A stretch of 64,000 bases of DNA, taken from a bacterium. Its GTDB lineage: Bacteria; Acidobacteriota; Blastocatellia; HR10. How positions within the stretch are numbered: the stretch's first letter is position 1; every line of letters starts with the position of its first letter. The position numbers and the translations under genes are program-made. The DNA is taken from NCBI GenBank assembly GCA_041640655.1, contig JBEPZV010000002.1, positions 94,182-158,181 on the forward strand. Direction: 5' to 3'. Of this stretch, positions 1-10,524 are shown in pieces. The notes below the pieces were generated by a model, which saw only the letters and a program-made list of their open reading frames with translations, made no database searches and was not told where the DNA came from.

Positions 1-13
1 CCCGCCCCGAGCT

Positions 14-1162
14 TCACGAGTGAGCGCGGCCCTCTCGCCCGCCGAGCCACTCCTTGAAGCGCTCCAGGAGGCTCTTCTCCCCGACCTCCTTCGCCTCCAA
101 TCGCGCCAGCTCTTCAAAGAGGCGCCGCATCTCGCGGCTCAACCGCGTCGGCGTGACGACGCGAACTTCCACAATGAGATCCCCTCGACCGGGCCGATCC
201 AGGTGCGGCATCCCGCGCCCGCGCAATCGGAAGACATCTCCCGATTGCGTCCCCGGTGGGATCTGCACCGACTCCTCTCCGTCCAAGAGCGTGGGGATCT
301 TCAGCTCCGCACCGAGCGCCGCTTGAGCGAACGTGACCGGGACCGTGCAGTAGAGATCATCCCCCTGACGCGCGAAGAACTCGTGTGGACGCACGTGGAT
401 GATGACGTAGAGATCTCCGGGAGCCCCTCCGGCGATTCCCGCCTCTCCCTCTCCGTCTAGGCGCAACCGCGTCCCTTCATCCACACCCGGAGGAATCCGC
501 ACGTCCAGCACGCGTTCGCGCCGGACGCGCCCACGCCCGCGACACTCCTGACACGGGTTTCGAATGATCGTCCCCGCTCCCTGACAATGCGCGCACGTGC
601 GCGAGATGGTGAAGATGCCTTGCTGGTACCGTACCTGCCCACTGCCGCCACAGGTCGGGCACCGCGAGGGCGATGTGCCCGGAGCCGTTCCGGCTCCCCC
701 ACACAATGCACACACTTCAGTCCGGGGAACGCGAATCTGCTTCTCGACCCCGCGCGCCGCTTCCTCCAGCGTGATCTCCAGATCATAACGGAGATCCGCA
801 CCGCGCCGCGCCCGCGACCGTCGCCGCGTCGTCGTCCCGAACAGGTCGCTGAATCCAAAGAACTCGTCCAGCAGATCCTCGAACGTGGCGAATGGGTCGA
901 ATCCAGCGCCATAGCCGGCTGCCGCCGCCGAGGAGCTGACCCCCGCATGTCCGTACCGATCATAGAGGGCGCGCTTCTCCGGATCGGAGAGGACGCTATA
1001 CGCCTCGACGATCTCCTTGAACTTCTCCTCAGCCTCCTTGTCGCCCGGATTGCGATCGGGGTGGTACTTCAAGGCGAGCTTGCGATACGCGGACTTGATC
1101 TCCTGCTCGCTCGCCGTGCGGCTGACGCCCAGGACCTCGTAATAATCCCGCTTATTCTCCAA
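14..1162 (-). CDS. dnaJ: Molecular chaperone DnaJ (Hsp40)
   Basis: 382-aa ORF. J domain with HPD motif ([16 protein letters not shown]), Gly/Phe-rich linker and four CxxCxGxG zinc-finger repeats ([32 protein letters not shown]). Confidence 0.95.
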   Translation of the reverse strand: MENKRDYYEVLGVSRTASEQEIKSAYRKLALKYHPDRNPGDKEAEEKFKEIVEAYSVLSDPEKRALYDRYGHAGVSSSAAAAGYGAGFDPFATFEDLLDEFFGFSDLFGTTTRRRSRARRGADLRYDLEITLEEAARGVEKQIRVPRTEVCALCGGAGTAPGTSPSRCPTCGGSGQVRYQQGIFTISRTCAHCQGAGTIIRNPCQECRGRGRVRRERVLDVRIPPGVDEGTRLRLDGEGEAGIAGGAPGDLYVIIHVRPHEFFARQGDDLYCTVPVTFAQAALGAELKIPTLLDGEESVQIPPGTQSGDVFRLRGRGMPHLDRPGRGDLIVEVRVVTPTRLSREMRRLFEELARLEAKEVGEKSLLERFKEWLGGREGRAHS

Positions 1163-1312
1163 GGTCGCGCGCTCCCCGTGTGAGAACTCACCGAGGCGCT
1201 CAACGCCTCATCTTCGCGCTCGACGGAAAACTTAATTTTGTCCCGACCCCGGAGAATTTGCAACCGTTCGCTCAGGGGGGAATCCTCTCAGCGAAGATCG
1301 CGAACGCCAGAT

Positions 1313-3184
1313 TCACGGACACGACCCGGAGAGGGAAAGCGTGAGAAGAAACGAACGCTCGCCCATCGGCGCTCCCGCCTCGATCTCCACATGAATGGGG
1401 ACGGCGGGATTCAGCTCCTCCAGGGGGATCGCGCGCACCGTGGCCCTCACTCCCTCCCCCGAGAAGCGGATCGCCTGAGCGCCGATCAATCCCACACCGA
1501 AGATGATCGCCTCGCCAGATGAGGCGGGAGCGACTTCATCGCCCAGGATGAAGCCATCAGCCATGCTCCGCGCTGCAAGAGATCGAAACGCCCAAAGGAG
1601 ACGCCCGAAGCGAACGCGCTCTAGCGACGTGATCACCCGCTGTGACCGCAAGGCCCATGGGGGGGCGAGAGCGAAAGCCGAGAGGATGCGCTCCTCCGTG
1701 CTGAGGCCGACAATGCGCGGCGTGGAGACGACGAAGACGACGGTCCCACTGGCAACCTCCCCGTGCGGAGTCCTCAGGGAGAAGGCGCGCGGGCCGATCT
1801 CCGCGCGCGGATCAACGCTGAGCCAGACGCGCACGGGATCGTTCAGAAGCGGCGCACTGGAAGTCTCCCGCCGAACGACCCCACGAATCCCCCCCGGCTC
1901 AGCGAAAGCGATCGCCGTCGCCTCTCGAAGACCCACGCCATGGACTTCCACATCACCACAGGCGCCTGCAAGGGCTTCATTGAACCCGCGCCGATCCGCG
2001 ATGCCATCGATGCGCGGCTCGACGACCGCGAAGGTGACGCCCGTAGCGCGGCTATCCACCTGACCTGGCGGGCGCGGCACCGTCACCAAGATCGCGCGCT
2101 CGCTCAAAGGAGCGTCCGGAGCGATCGTCACATGGACGGTGAGCACCGGATTCAGCTCTCGCTGCTGCTCGGGGAATCCCGGCATCAGCCGGGCTTCGAC
2201 TCCCGAACCCGAGAACGTCACCGCCGTCGCCCCTCCGAGCCCGACCCCGAAGATGAGGACATCCCCGAAGGAATCCCGGGCACCCTCTCCGCTCAAGCGA
2301 AACCCTTCGCCAGGGCGGAAGTTATGCCCCTCCCACACGCCATCAATGCGCGGCGCGACGACCCGAAACCGCACCCGCTCGCTCCTCACTCGCGCTTGCG
2401 CCGTCTCCAGGACGAAGGCACGTTCCCCCAAGGGGGCATCCGCAGCGATCTCCAAGCCCACCTCCACAATGGGATTCACGAAGAATCCGACTTCCGAAGG
2501 GACGACGGTCCCGCGGATGCCCACCCCCTCGAATTCAATCGCGCGCGCCTGATCGAGCCCGATGCCGAAGATCTCAATTTGTCCCCGCGATCCTGGCGCG
2601 CCCTCTTCATCCCACACGGCGAGGATCTTCGGCTCGGCGACGATGAACGCCACGCCTTCGCTGCGCACGGGACCCCGCGGGGTCATGATGGTGAAAGCGC
2701 GCGGCCCTGGCTCAGCCGTCGGCTCGATCATCACGCGCACAAGCACTGACGGATTCAACTCTCCCGGCGCCCCTGCGCTCACCACCTCACCCCGAACCCC
2801 ACTGCCTTCGAATTCAATCCCCGTCGCCCCAGAGAGGCCGATCCCCGAAATGAGGATGAACCCACTGGCCCCCGGCCGCCCGTATCCATTGGGATCACCT
2901 CCGCCGGGCGACCATTGGGAGACGAGAGCACCCTGAGCCTCGGTCCTCGACCCTTTTCGGCCAATCCCCATGACGCTCATCGAGCCCAGCTCGAATAGCC
3001 GACTCCCATCCTGAATCGAGAGGATGCGCGGCTCGCCGATCCTCAGGACGACCTCTCCACTCTCCACCTTCTCAGGAGCACGCGCCCATGTCCCTCGCCA
3101 TGGAAAGGAGAGCCCCAACCCGAGCAGGGCGACAAAAACTCCGATGCTCCGCCTTCGGTCCATTCGCCATCGCCTCAGCCTCAT
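1313..3184 (-). CDS. Secreted protein built from about 5-6 tandem ~100-aa beta-rich (Ig-like?) modules, function unknown
   Basis: 623-aa ORF. N-terminal signal-like segment (RRSIGVFVALLGLGLSF). Recurring module with signature IFG[IV]GL..A.AI.F.G.G[VI]R..V ... NP.V.V.[IV]..DAP.GERAF, seen at least 5 times. Confidence 0.6.
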   Translation of the reverse strand: MRLRRWRMDRRRSIGVFVALLGLGLSFPWRGTWARAPEKVESGEVVLRIGEPRILSIQDGSRLFELGSMSVMGIGRKGSRTEAQGALVSQWSPGGGDPNGYGRPGASGFILISGIGLSGATGIEFEGSGVRGEVVSAGAPGELNPSVLVRVMIEPTAEPGPRAFTIMTPRGPVRSEGVAFIVAEPKILAVWDEEGAPGSRGQIEIFGIGLDQARAIEFEGVGIRGTVVPSEVGFFVNPIVEVGLEIAADAPLGERAFVLETAQARVRSERVRFRVVAPRIDGVWEGHNFRPGEGFRLSGEGARDSFGDVLIFGVGLGGATAVTFSGSGVEARLMPGFPEQQRELNPVLTVHVTIAPDAPLSERAILVTVPRPPGQVDSRATGVTFAVVEPRIDGIADRRGFNEALAGACGDVEVHGVGLREATAIAFAEPGGIRGVVRRETSSAPLLNDPVRVWLSVDPRAEIGPRAFSLRTPHGEVASGTVVFVVSTPRIVGLSTEERILSAFALAPPWALRSQRVITSLERVRFGRLLWAFRSLAARSMADGFILGDEVAPASSGEAIIFGVGLIGAQAIRFSGEGVRATVRAIPLEELNPAVPIHVEIEAGAPMGERSFLLTLSLSGSCP

Positions 3185-3355
3185 GAGCCTCTCTCCTCAG
3201 TCCTTCGCATCGCAGGTGAGCCTCACCGCGCTTTAACTCTATCGGGCCGATCAAGCTCGGTCAATGCCGCCGTCAAGGTGAGACCGCCTCCGCGCGCCAG
3301 AGGAATTCCGCCGGGAACTCCTGACACAAGCTGAGAGGCGATTTCAGGATGCGAC

Positions 3356-3375
3356 ATTTGGCCGAAAAAGGCCAA
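3356..3375. repeat. 20-nt exact copy (ATTTGGCCGAAAAAGGCCAA) of the CRISPR-leader hairpin core
   Basis: Identical 20-mer at 33544-33563. Here it forms only a 6-bp stem (TTGGCC/GGCCAA) with a GAAAAA loop. Lies in the gap between the anti-sigma gene stop and the start of the repeat-protein gene. Confidence 0.6.
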
Positions 3376-3418
3376 GGGTTCAGAACACGGCGCACCGCCG
3401 CTAGGGGAGGGCCAAACG

Positions 3419-4186
3419 CTAGTAGGTCACATCCAGCCGATGCAAGAGCATCACCAGCTGTGTGCTCACGGGATGCTGTCCCGCCCGCTTCGCCGGCTCG
3501 AAGCGCACGCTGGAGAAGGACGCCCTCACGTCCATCGCGTCCACCCCCGGCGACGGGGTCACGATGTCCACAAGTGAGGCCCGCCCATCCGGATGAACGA
3601 ACGTCACCACAACGAGCTGATCGCTCGCCGCCGCGCGAAACAGCTCCTCTAAATGTCCCGAGGATCGAAGGCGCGGGAAGGTGTAGATCCCATACGGATG
3701 GCTCATCTCTCCATTGAGCAAGCTATACTGCTGCGCATCGAGAGCGATGGGAGCCTGATAGTATGCCAGGGGGACCTCCGGAACAGGCCGAAGGACCGAG
3801 AGTAAGGCCCCAAGAAGCACGACCGTGACCACGAGGCTGATCAGCGCCGAAGCGGCTTTCGGATACGTGAAGACCAAACGGCCCGCCGATTGAAGCCAAT
3901 AGAGCCCAGAGCGCCTCTTCATGCGCTCACCCTCGAGGACACCGAGGAGCTGACTCCTCAAATCGTGAGGAACAGTCGGGCGCGGGAGCCGCCGCAACCC
4001 GCACGCCAATTCCCTCAAGTCCTCCAGATAACGCGCGCAGGCCGGACAGAGCGCCACGTGTGCCTTCAGGGACCGCTCCCGCTCCGGCGGAAGCTCGCCA
4101 TCCAAGTAGGCCGAGAGGTCGCGTCGAACGATCGCACAATTCCTCATGTTCGTTCCATCGGGCAGCTCACACCGCCCATCACTCAC
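3419..4186 (-). CDS. Anti-sigma factor, zf-HC2 type, single-pass membrane protein
   Basis: N-terminal Cys/His motif (NCAIV...LKAHVALCPACARYLEDL), one hydrophobic helix (ALISLVVTVVLLGALLSVL), and position directly downstream of an ECF sigma gene. The start may be the internal Met at 4147. Confidence 0.75.
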   Translation of the reverse strand: MSDGRCELPDGTNMRNCAIVRRDLSAYLDGELPPERERSLKAHVALCPACARYLEDLRELACGLRRLPRPTVPHDLRSQLLGVLEGERMKRRSGLYWLQSAGRLVFTYPKAASALISLVVTVVLLGALLSVLRPVPEVPLAYYQAPIALDAQQYSLLNGEMSHPYGIYTFPRLRSSGHLEELFRAAASDQLVVVTFVHPDGRASLVDIVTPSPGVDAMDVRASFSSVRFEPAKRAGQHPVSTQLVMLLHRLDVTY

Positions 4187-4296
4187 TCCTCTTCCCGAAC
4201 GGGACTCACCAGCTCCGGTTCGATCTCATGGTGCTGGCCTGGTTGTCAAACAGCTCGCCTCGACCCATCGGCGAACTCGGCTCGAACCGGAGCTGG

Positions 4297-5019
4297 TCAA
4301 TCCGCTCGTCTCGGCTCGCTGGCCCCGAGAGTGAGCTGCCCACCGCGCCGCTCGCGGAGACGCTGCAGCTCACGCCGCAACCCCTCGCGCCCTCGGGCGA
4401 TCCGCGACTTCACCGTGCCCACGGAGACCTGAAGCGTCGCCGCAATCTCTTCGTAACTGAGCCCCTCGACGTCGCGCAGCAGCAACGCCGTGCGAAAGAC
4501 CGGCTTGACCCGCCCGAGCGCTTCCATAAGCAACCGTTCCTCCTCCCGTGCGATCGCCTGTTGCTCCGGATCGGCTCGCGGGTCCACCAGCCTCTCGCCC
4601 CCGGAGACCTCCGCGTTCTCCTTCAGAACCTCCATCGAGATCAGGCGGTCCCCATTGCGCCGCCACCACCGATGGCGATTGGCCGCCTGATTGATCGCGA
4701 TGCGGTAAATCCACGTCTTCAATTCGCACTCGCCACGAAATCGCCCGATATGGCGGTAGACCTTCAGGAACGTCTCCTGCGTCGCATCCCGCGCCTCTTC
4801 CCGATCGCCCAGAAGCCGATAGAGCAGCCCGTACACGTCCGCCTGAAACCACGCGATCAGCTGCTCGAACGCTTCCCACTCCCCGGCGCGCAGTCGCTCG
4901 AGGAATCGCCGCTCCGCCGCACTCAATGGCTCGCCTTCGGCGCAACCAATCGCGAGCGTGTACTCCTCAATCGCCCCCGCGCGCGCCATATGTTCAGCCC
5001 CCTTCTTCATAGACACCAA
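4297..5019 (-). CDS. ECF-family RNA polymerase sigma-70 factor
   Basis: Region 2 (DVYGLLYRLLGDREEARDATQETFLKVYRHIGRFRGECELKTWIYRIAINQAANRHR) and region 4 HTH (LLRDVEGLSYEEIAATLQVSVGTVKSRIARGRE). Confidence 0.9.
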   Translation of the reverse strand: MVSMKKGAEHMARAGAIEEYTLAIGCAEGEPLSAAERRFLERLRAGEWEAFEQLIAWFQADVYGLLYRLLGDREEARDATQETFLKVYRHIGRFRGECELKTWIYRIAINQAANRHRWWRRNGDRLISMEVLKENAEVSGGERLVDPRADPEQQAIAREEERLLMEALGRVKPVFRTALLLRDVEGLSYEEIAATLQVSVGTVKSRIARGREGLRRELQRLRERRGGQLTLGASEPRRAD

Positions 5020-5145
5020 AATGTGCTCCAGGTTCCCGACGAAAGGTCAATACCCTCGGTGGTGTGGCACAGGATCTTCAAGCGAGAGCCCCACACCTTC
5101 AGAATCAGGATCGCCAGGGGACCTCACGATCGCCAACCACAGGGA

Positions 5146-5967
5146 TCACAGCAGGTTGAACTCCACGTTGATCGTCGCGCGCACACTGGCCGGGCGCCCA
5201 TCGGGACCTCGCGCCGGGATGAACTTGATCTGCTTGGCCGCTTCGATGGCTTTCTCATCCAATCCGTATCCGAGTCCCCGAATGACGCGAATATTGCGGA
5301 CGACGCCATCTGCGCCGAATGTCGCGCTGAGCACCACGACCCCTTGAATGCGATTGCGCCGCGCTTCCTCCGTCCACTCGGGACGCGGCTTATAGGTAAT
5401 GATCGGTCGGCCATATCCTCCGCGCCCGGCGATCCCCTCGCCTACGCTCTCCCCAGAAGCATCGCCTACGCCTCGTCCCTCTCCCGCTCCATTCCCCCCA
5501 CCTGTGCCACCCGTTCCTGGAGGAGCCTCGACAGGCCCGAAACTGAAGGGAGCCGTGATCTGAAGGCGCGTATCAAGCGAGGGCAACTGGGCCTGCTCCG
5601 GCGGTGGAGGCGCTTTGAACGGAACAGGGATGGGTACCGGAACCGGCTCAGACCGCAACGGGAGCTTCTGCGAGACGGGCTCCGGAGGCCGGGAATATTC
5701 GCGATTCCCCCCTCCTCCGGCGACCTCCATCTCCGGGAACTCGAACTGAATGGCCACAAGCTGCTCTGGCGGCTCCGGCTCCGGAAGCGGACGGCTCGGG
5801 AAGAGATTCTCCAAATGGAGCAGGAAGACCACCAAATGGACGAGGATGGCCACACCCGTAGCCCACAGCAGGCGGCGTCGCTCGCGCGCATCCTCGAGGA
5901 CGAAACGATCCAAAACCCCGGCGACCGGCCCTGACGCCACGACTTGCTTCGATCCCTGCGACATCAC
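5146..5967 (-). CDS. TonB-family energy transducer
   Basis: N-terminal membrane anchor (LLWATGVAILVHLVVFLLHL), Pro-rich spacer (PLPEPEPPEQ, PVPVPIPVPFKAPPPPEQ) and C-terminal TonB_C-like block (PEWTEEARRNRIQGVVVLSATFGADGVVRNIRVIRGLGYGLDEKAIEAAKQIKFIPA). Confidence 0.85.
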   Translation of the reverse strand: MMSQGSKQVVASGPVAGVLDRFVLEDARERRRLLWATGVAILVHLVVFLLHLENLFPSRPLPEPEPPEQLVAIQFEFPEMEVAGGGGNREYSRPPEPVSQKLPLRSEPVPVPIPVPFKAPPPPEQAQLPSLDTRLQITAPFSFGPVEAPPGTGGTGGGNGAGEGRGVGDASGESVGEGIAGRGGYGRPIITYKPRPEWTEEARRNRIQGVVVLSATFGADGVVRNIRVIRGLGYGLDEKAIEAAKQIKFIPARGPDGRPASVRATINVEFNLL

Positions 5968-6125
5968 TTCCTCCCCCCCACAGGGCTCACGCTCTCAAAC
6001 ACCGCACCCTCGATCGCCCCCCTTCCTTGACAGGGGCCGACCCAAGCTGCTACTACATTATAGCACCCGAAGCGAAGGGGACAAAATCAAGATGCCGGGA
6101 AGGGGCGATCGGGAGGGACCTGCAC

Positions 6126-6902
6126 GTGGCGAAGGCAGCGATCAAGGTCAAGAAGAAGAAGGTCAAGATCACCGCCCGAGACCTCAAACACGACGCCTTT
6201 CGCGATCATTATGAACGATTCGCCACGTGGGCCAAGCACCACCGGCGCCAGATCATCCGGACGGCCATCGGCCTTCTCGCCCTTCTGGTCCTGGTCACGG
6301 GAACAGCCCTTTTCACCACATCCCGACGAGAGAGCGCCGAAAAAGCTTTGGCCGAAGCCTATGAGATCTTCACGGCCGAAGTGACCTCGACCCCCTCATC
6401 CCCTGATCCGACTCGCCGAACGTACTCGAGCGAAGAGCAGAAATATCGCGAGGCCCTGGAGGCGTTCACGCGTCTGGCTCAGAGATATCCGAACTATCGC
6501 GAAGTGGCTGAATACTACGCGGCACTGTGCAAACTCCATCTCAATCGGTCAGAGGGCACACGTGATCTGGAGCGGCTGGCCCAGGGGAAGGGAGAGACCG
6601 CGCGCCTCGCTCGACTGGCGCTGGCTGAGCATCTGCTGGCCAGCGGCGACCCGGCAGGCGCCGAGCGGCAGTATCGGCAACTCCTTGAGGATCCCGGCGA
6701 ACTCCCTCAGGCTCCTCTGAAACTGGGCCTGGCGCGCGCCCTGGAATTCCAGGGCAAGAAGACCGAAGCCGTCGAACTCTATGTGAAGATCGCGATCGAC
6801 TATCGCGCCCAGGATGCCGGTCGCACGGCGCGTGAACGCCTGGCGGCGCTCGATCCTTCTGCACTGGAACGCGTACCGGAAGAAGGAACGAGCCCTTCGT
6901 GA
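6126..6902 (+). CDS. Membrane-anchored TPR-like protein (YfgM/UPF0070-like)
   Basis: The ORF is open from 6027. A GTG at 6126 is preceded by GGGAGGG about 8 nt upstream. Lys-rich N-terminus, one TM helix (AIGLLALLVLVTGTALF), then helical-repeat sequence (AEYYAALCKLHL, ALAEHLLASGDPAGAERQYRQLL). Confidence 0.6.
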   Translation: MAKAAIKVKKKKVKITARDLKHDAFRDHYERFATWAKHHRRQIIRTAIGLLALLVLVTGTALFTTSRRESAEKALAEAYEIFTAEVTSTPSSPDPTRRTYSSEEQKYREALEAFTRLAQRYPNYREVAEYYAALCKLHLNRSEGTRDLERLAQGKGETARLARLALAEHLLASGDPAGAERQYRQLLEDPGELPQAPLKLGLARALEFQGKKTEAVELYVKIAIDYRAQDAGRTARERLAALDPSALERVPEEGTSPS

Positions 6903-6916
6903 GCGAAGACCGCGCG

Positions 6917-9373
6917 TCACAGGCTCCCTCCGAGCAACGGACGCACGCGCCAGGCGCGCTCCCGCACCCGGATGAGACGCCCGTCCCCTAATCGCACCCA
7001 CTGATCCAGGCGCGTCGGATTGAATGCCCAGATCATGCGAAGCGGCTGCCCGAGAAGGGGCAGACGAAAGCGCCATTCAATACCCGTGGACGTTCGCACC
7101 AGCGCATTGGTCGCCCGAAGCACCGAGACCCCCTTGATCGGATGAACCACTGAGATGATCCCCGCATCGAAGAAGGGCACCATGGTGAAGCGCGTGGCGA
7201 GCGGCACGCGATACTCCGCTTGCCACGCGGCCACACTGTCCCCGCCGATCGCCGCAATTCCCGAGAGCGTCCCCGCCTGACCCGGTGCCTCGGCTGGCGT
7301 CACCGCCACGCGATACCGCGCGAGCGGGCCGAACTCCCCAACCGAGAATCCGCGGACGAGCTGGCCGTCCGAGAAAAACCGCTCGAATGACGGAACGATC
7401 CGCCCTCCGAATCCGGCAGCATGAGCGAGGACACTTCGGAAGGCGAACGTGTTCCGACCACCGGTGAGCGGATCCGGCGCGTATCTTCGATACTCCAGCG
7501 AGGATTTCACCATCGCCACATCGCCCCCGCTTACGCTCACCGACGCGAGCCAGATCGCTCCATGCCGCGGATCGGCAGCCGCATTAGTCGTATCCCGATT
7601 CCAGAAGACCGCGAGCGTCCGGCGCGCGAATCGGGAAGGGGGATCTCCCGGCAAAAGCCACGTCGCACGGACGCGCTCGATCTGAACGCCGAGCCCCGCC
7701 GAAGAGAACTCTGTGATCGGATAGCTGCCGCTCAGACGAATCCCCCCCTGGCGATACCAGATGCGATCAAGCGCCGTATCGAGAGTCCCAAGACTCAGCG
7801 CGTCAAATCGAGAGAATTGGGAGAAGAGCGAGAGCCCGAGCGTCACCGGCGTGTTCGCCACGCGTCGCACCAGCAGATCGAACAGCACACTGTGCATTCG
7901 AGGCCCCGCCATCGCCTCCAGCCCGAGCATCTCCCCGAGCCCCAGGACACTCACCGCTCGATACATCACGCCGAGATACCCCCCGCCGACTCCGCCCGAG
8001 CCCCCGATCATCCAGATCCCCTGCCGATCCACCTCGCGGACACGAATCGTCACGCTCACCTCTTGCCGCCCGCGGTCCACACCAAGCTCCACATCCTTCC
8101 GATCCACGGGATGCACGAGGCCCGACCGCGCGAGACGCACGAGGCTGCGATCCAGGAGGTTCTCGTCGTACAACTCCCCCTCGCGGAGCAAGATTTCGCG
8201 CCGGAGGAGCCGATCGGGGATTCGCCGATTCCCCTCGAACTCGATGCGCGCGACGCGCAGCGGCGGCGAGAGTTCGACTCGAAACAGCAGGGACACGCGC
8301 GCGGTCGCTTCATCGAAATCCTGAAGCGCGTCCGCCCGCATCGGAATCCGTCCGGCCGCTGCATAAACGGCGCGAATTCGCTCCAGGACGACGTGCACTT
8401 TCCGCGCATTGTACACCTCCCCCGGCTCAAGCGACTGAAGCGCGGCGCGCACGGCCGGTGGGATCGAGGACTCTCCCGTCTCCACCCGCACCTCCCCTAC
8501 GCGATATTGAGGCCCCTCGCGGATTGGGATCTCCACGCGCAGGTGGACACGGCGACCGCGCTCCTCAACGGGCACGAGCATGGGCTCGCCCACTTCCACC
8601 CGCGCATACCCGCGCTCTTGATAGAACGCCACCAGACGCTGCCGATCCTCCTCAGCGCGAGCGCGCGTGTACACGCCACGTTGAGAGAACCGACGAAACA
8701 GGGACCTCGGCCGCAGCCACCGCAACACGTTCTGCAGCTCCGCGCTCGCGACCGCCTGGTTCCCGCGAAAGACGACGTCTCGAATGATCCCGCGCGGCCC
8801 CCACACGATGCGGAACACGACGTCCACGGAGGCCGATCCCGCATCCTCCTGCTCCTCGCTCTCGACGCGCGCCCACGGGAATCCTCGCTCATCGGCCCAC
8901 CGTGCGATCACATGCCGCGCGCGCCACACCTCTTGCGAATCGCAGGGTCGTCCCGGGTGAAGCTCGATCTTCGCCTCGCGCAGACGTCGCGCGAGATCGG
9001 CCTCTTGCGTCGCCGTCACCCCCTCGTAACGAACGCGGCGCACAATGGGCCGCTCCTCCACGCGAACGATGAGCCGCACCCCATCGGCCACAGCCGCGCG
9101 CTCGATGCGCACCGCGCGGAACGCGCCGAGCGCATAGAGTGCCCGCACATCCTGCTCGATGCGCCGCGGATCAAAGGGCTCCCCCACCTTCGTCCGAAGG
9201 TGAAACCGAATCGCACTGTCGGGAACGCGCCGATTCCCCTGAATGACGAGCGAGCGAACAATTGGCGCCCCCTCCACATCGAGCGCTTCCGCCGCCCGGA
9301 CGCTCACCATGAGCCAGGCGAAGGCCAGGAGGAAGCGACCCAGCACTTCCCCTTCGCGCTTTTTCCGGATCAT
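6917..9373 (-). CDS. bamA: Outer-membrane protein assembly factor BamA (POTRA repeats plus Omp85 barrel)
   Basis: The ORF is open to 9718. The likely start is the ATG at 9373 (MIRKKREGEVLGRFLLAFAWLMVSVRAAEA signal), which overlaps the TGA of the upstream glycosyltransferase (ATGA). It has multiple POTRA-like modules (IVRSLVIQGNRRVPDSAIRFHLRTKVGEPFD...; IEFEGNRRIPDRLLRREILLREGELYD) and a C-terminal beta-barrel. Confidence 0.9.
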   Translation of the reverse strand: MIRKKREGEVLGRFLLAFAWLMVSVRAAEALDVEGAPIVRSLVIQGNRRVPDSAIRFHLRTKVGEPFDPRRIEQDVRALYALGAFRAVRIERAAVADGVRLIVRVEERPIVRRVRYEGVTATQEADLARRLREAKIELHPGRPCDSQEVWRARHVIARWADERGFPWARVESEEQEDAGSASVDVVFRIVWGPRGIIRDVVFRGNQAVASAELQNVLRWLRPRSLFRRFSQRGVYTRARAEEDRQRLVAFYQERGYARVEVGEPMLVPVEERGRRVHLRVEIPIREGPQYRVGEVRVETGESSIPPAVRAALQSLEPGEVYNARKVHVVLERIRAVYAAAGRIPMRADALQDFDEATARVSLLFRVELSPPLRVARIEFEGNRRIPDRLLRREILLREGELYDENLLDRSLVRLARSGLVHPVDRKDVELGVDRGRQEVSVTIRVREVDRQGIWMIGGSGGVGGGYLGVMYRAVSVLGLGEMLGLEAMAGPRMHSVLFDLLVRRVANTPVTLGLSLFSQFSRFDALSLGTLDTALDRIWYRQGGIRLSGSYPITEFSSAGLGVQIERVRATWLLPGDPPSRFARRTLAVFWNRDTTNAAADPRHGAIWLASVSVSGGDVAMVKSSLEYRRYAPDPLTGGRNTFAFRSVLAHAAGFGGRIVPSFERFFSDGQLVRGFSVGEFGPLARYRVAVTPAEAPGQAGTLSGIAAIGGDSVAAWQAEYRVPLATRFTMVPFFDAGIISVVHPIKGVSVLRATNALVRTSTGIEWRFRLPLLGQPLRMIWAFNPTRLDQWVRLGDGRLIRVRERAWRVRPLLGGSL

Positions 9374-10512
9374 GGGCCGATCTCCTTCACGACCTGCCGC
9401 GCGCTGGCGCGATCCGAGCGCGGCGCACCGAGCAGCTCGAAAAAGAGCGCCTCGTAGTGATCCACAATCCGCTCCCAATCGTACCGCTCGCGCACGCGCG
9501 CCATGGCGCGCTCGCGCAAACGGATCACGCGCTGCGGATCGGCGATGACCTCCTGCAACCGCTGCCGAAGCTCCTCCGCCGTGCGATAGTAGATACCGAC
9601 ATCCCCGGCGACTTCCCGATTCTCCGGCGTGTCCAGGACGAGGACGCAATTGCCGAACCCCATCGCCTCGACGAGCGCCGGATGCGTCCCCCCGACCTCC
9701 GTCGCATGCACGTAGCAATAGGCGTTCTGCTGGAGCCGCCGATAGTCCTCGCCATAGACGAACCCGGCGAAGAGGATGCGCGGATCCCGCGTGCGCTTCA
9801 AGCGCTGCACGTAAGCCCGCGCGTAGGGCGCGTCGCCGACGATGAGCAGCTTCATCTCCGTCTCCACCCGCTCGAACGCCTCGATCACCAAATGGGCATT
9901 GTTCTCGGGCTCCAGCCGACTCACGTAGAGGATGTACCGCTCGGGTTCCACCCCAAAGGGGCGCACCCCATCAGGATCCGGGCGCCGCTCGACTTCCGCG
10001 CCATAGGCGATCATGCGCGTCTCCACGCCGTAGCGCTGCCGGTAGTAGGCGCGGATCACCTCCGCATCGGTGATCACAACATGCGCGAGCTTCGGCGCGA
10101 GTCGCGCCGAGATCCGGTAATACAGGCGCCCGAGCCAATTCCACTTCTTCCGCTTCCACTCGAGCCCATCCACATTGATCGCCACCTTCTTCCCCACCAG
10201 ACGCAGCAGCCCCGCGGCCAGCGCATTGGCGGCATTACAGACGAGGACGACCTCGTAGGGGCGCCACCAAGCATGGAACGCACAGAGGAACGTGTGCACG
10301 ACCGTGTCGAGATACTTGTGCCGGATCGTCGGGAGGACGACCAACCGAACGCCGCGATACTCGCGTTCAGAGATCGTGACGTAGTGACGTCGCCCGTAGA
10401 CGGTCACCTCATGGCCGCGCGCCACCAGCCGCGTCGCCAACTGCTCGGCGAAGGTCTCGAAGCCTCCGTAGTTAGCCGGGATACCGCGAATCCCCAGAAT
10501 GGCGATCCGCAT
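9370..10512 (-). CDS. Glycosyltransferase family 4/GT-B (DUF1972-type N-terminus)
   Basis: MRIAILGIRGIPANYGGFETFAEQLATRLVARGHEVTVYG N-terminus. C-terminal GT1 block (ATEVGGTHPALVEAMGFGNCVLV). Confidence 0.8.
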   Translation of the reverse strand: MRIAILGIRGIPANYGGFETFAEQLATRLVARGHEVTVYGRRHYVTISEREYRGVRLVVLPTIRHKYLDTVVHTFLCAFHAWWRPYEVVLVCNAANALAAGLLRLVGKKVAINVDGLEWKRKKWNWLGRLYYRISARLAPKLAHVVITDAEVIRAYYRQRYGVETRMIAYGAEVERRPDPDGVRPFGVEPERYILYVSRLEPENNAHLVIEAFERVETEMKLLIVGDAPYARAYVQRLKRTRDPRILFAGFVYGEDYRRLQQNAYCYVHATEVGGTHPALVEAMGFGNCVLVLDTPENREVAGDVGIYYRTAEELRQRLQEVIADPQRVIRLRERAMARVRERYDWERIVDHYEALFFELLGAPRSDRASARQVVKEIGP

Positions 10513-10524
10513 CCGCCGCCCCCC

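Noticed and set aside
4060-5934. 624-aa plus-strand ORF overlapping the sigma factor and TonB genes. The same type of ORF occurs at 7421-9457, 9457-11955, 12700-14250, 57654-59420, 60020-60880 and 61865-63292.
   Set aside because: These are antisense shadows of well-supported genes in high-GC DNA. Their composition is Arg/Pro/His-rich and low-complexity. They have no motifs and no RBS.
9374-9718. 115-aa N-terminal extension of the BamA ORF. Similar upstream extensions occur for coaE (to 12556), cas4 (to 36582), cas2 (to 34525), rsmE (to 63952) and the CARF genes.
   Set aside because: The extensions are Arg/Gly-rich and overlap the preceding gene. Internal ATGs with an RBS, signal peptides or conserved N-termini give the canonical proteins.
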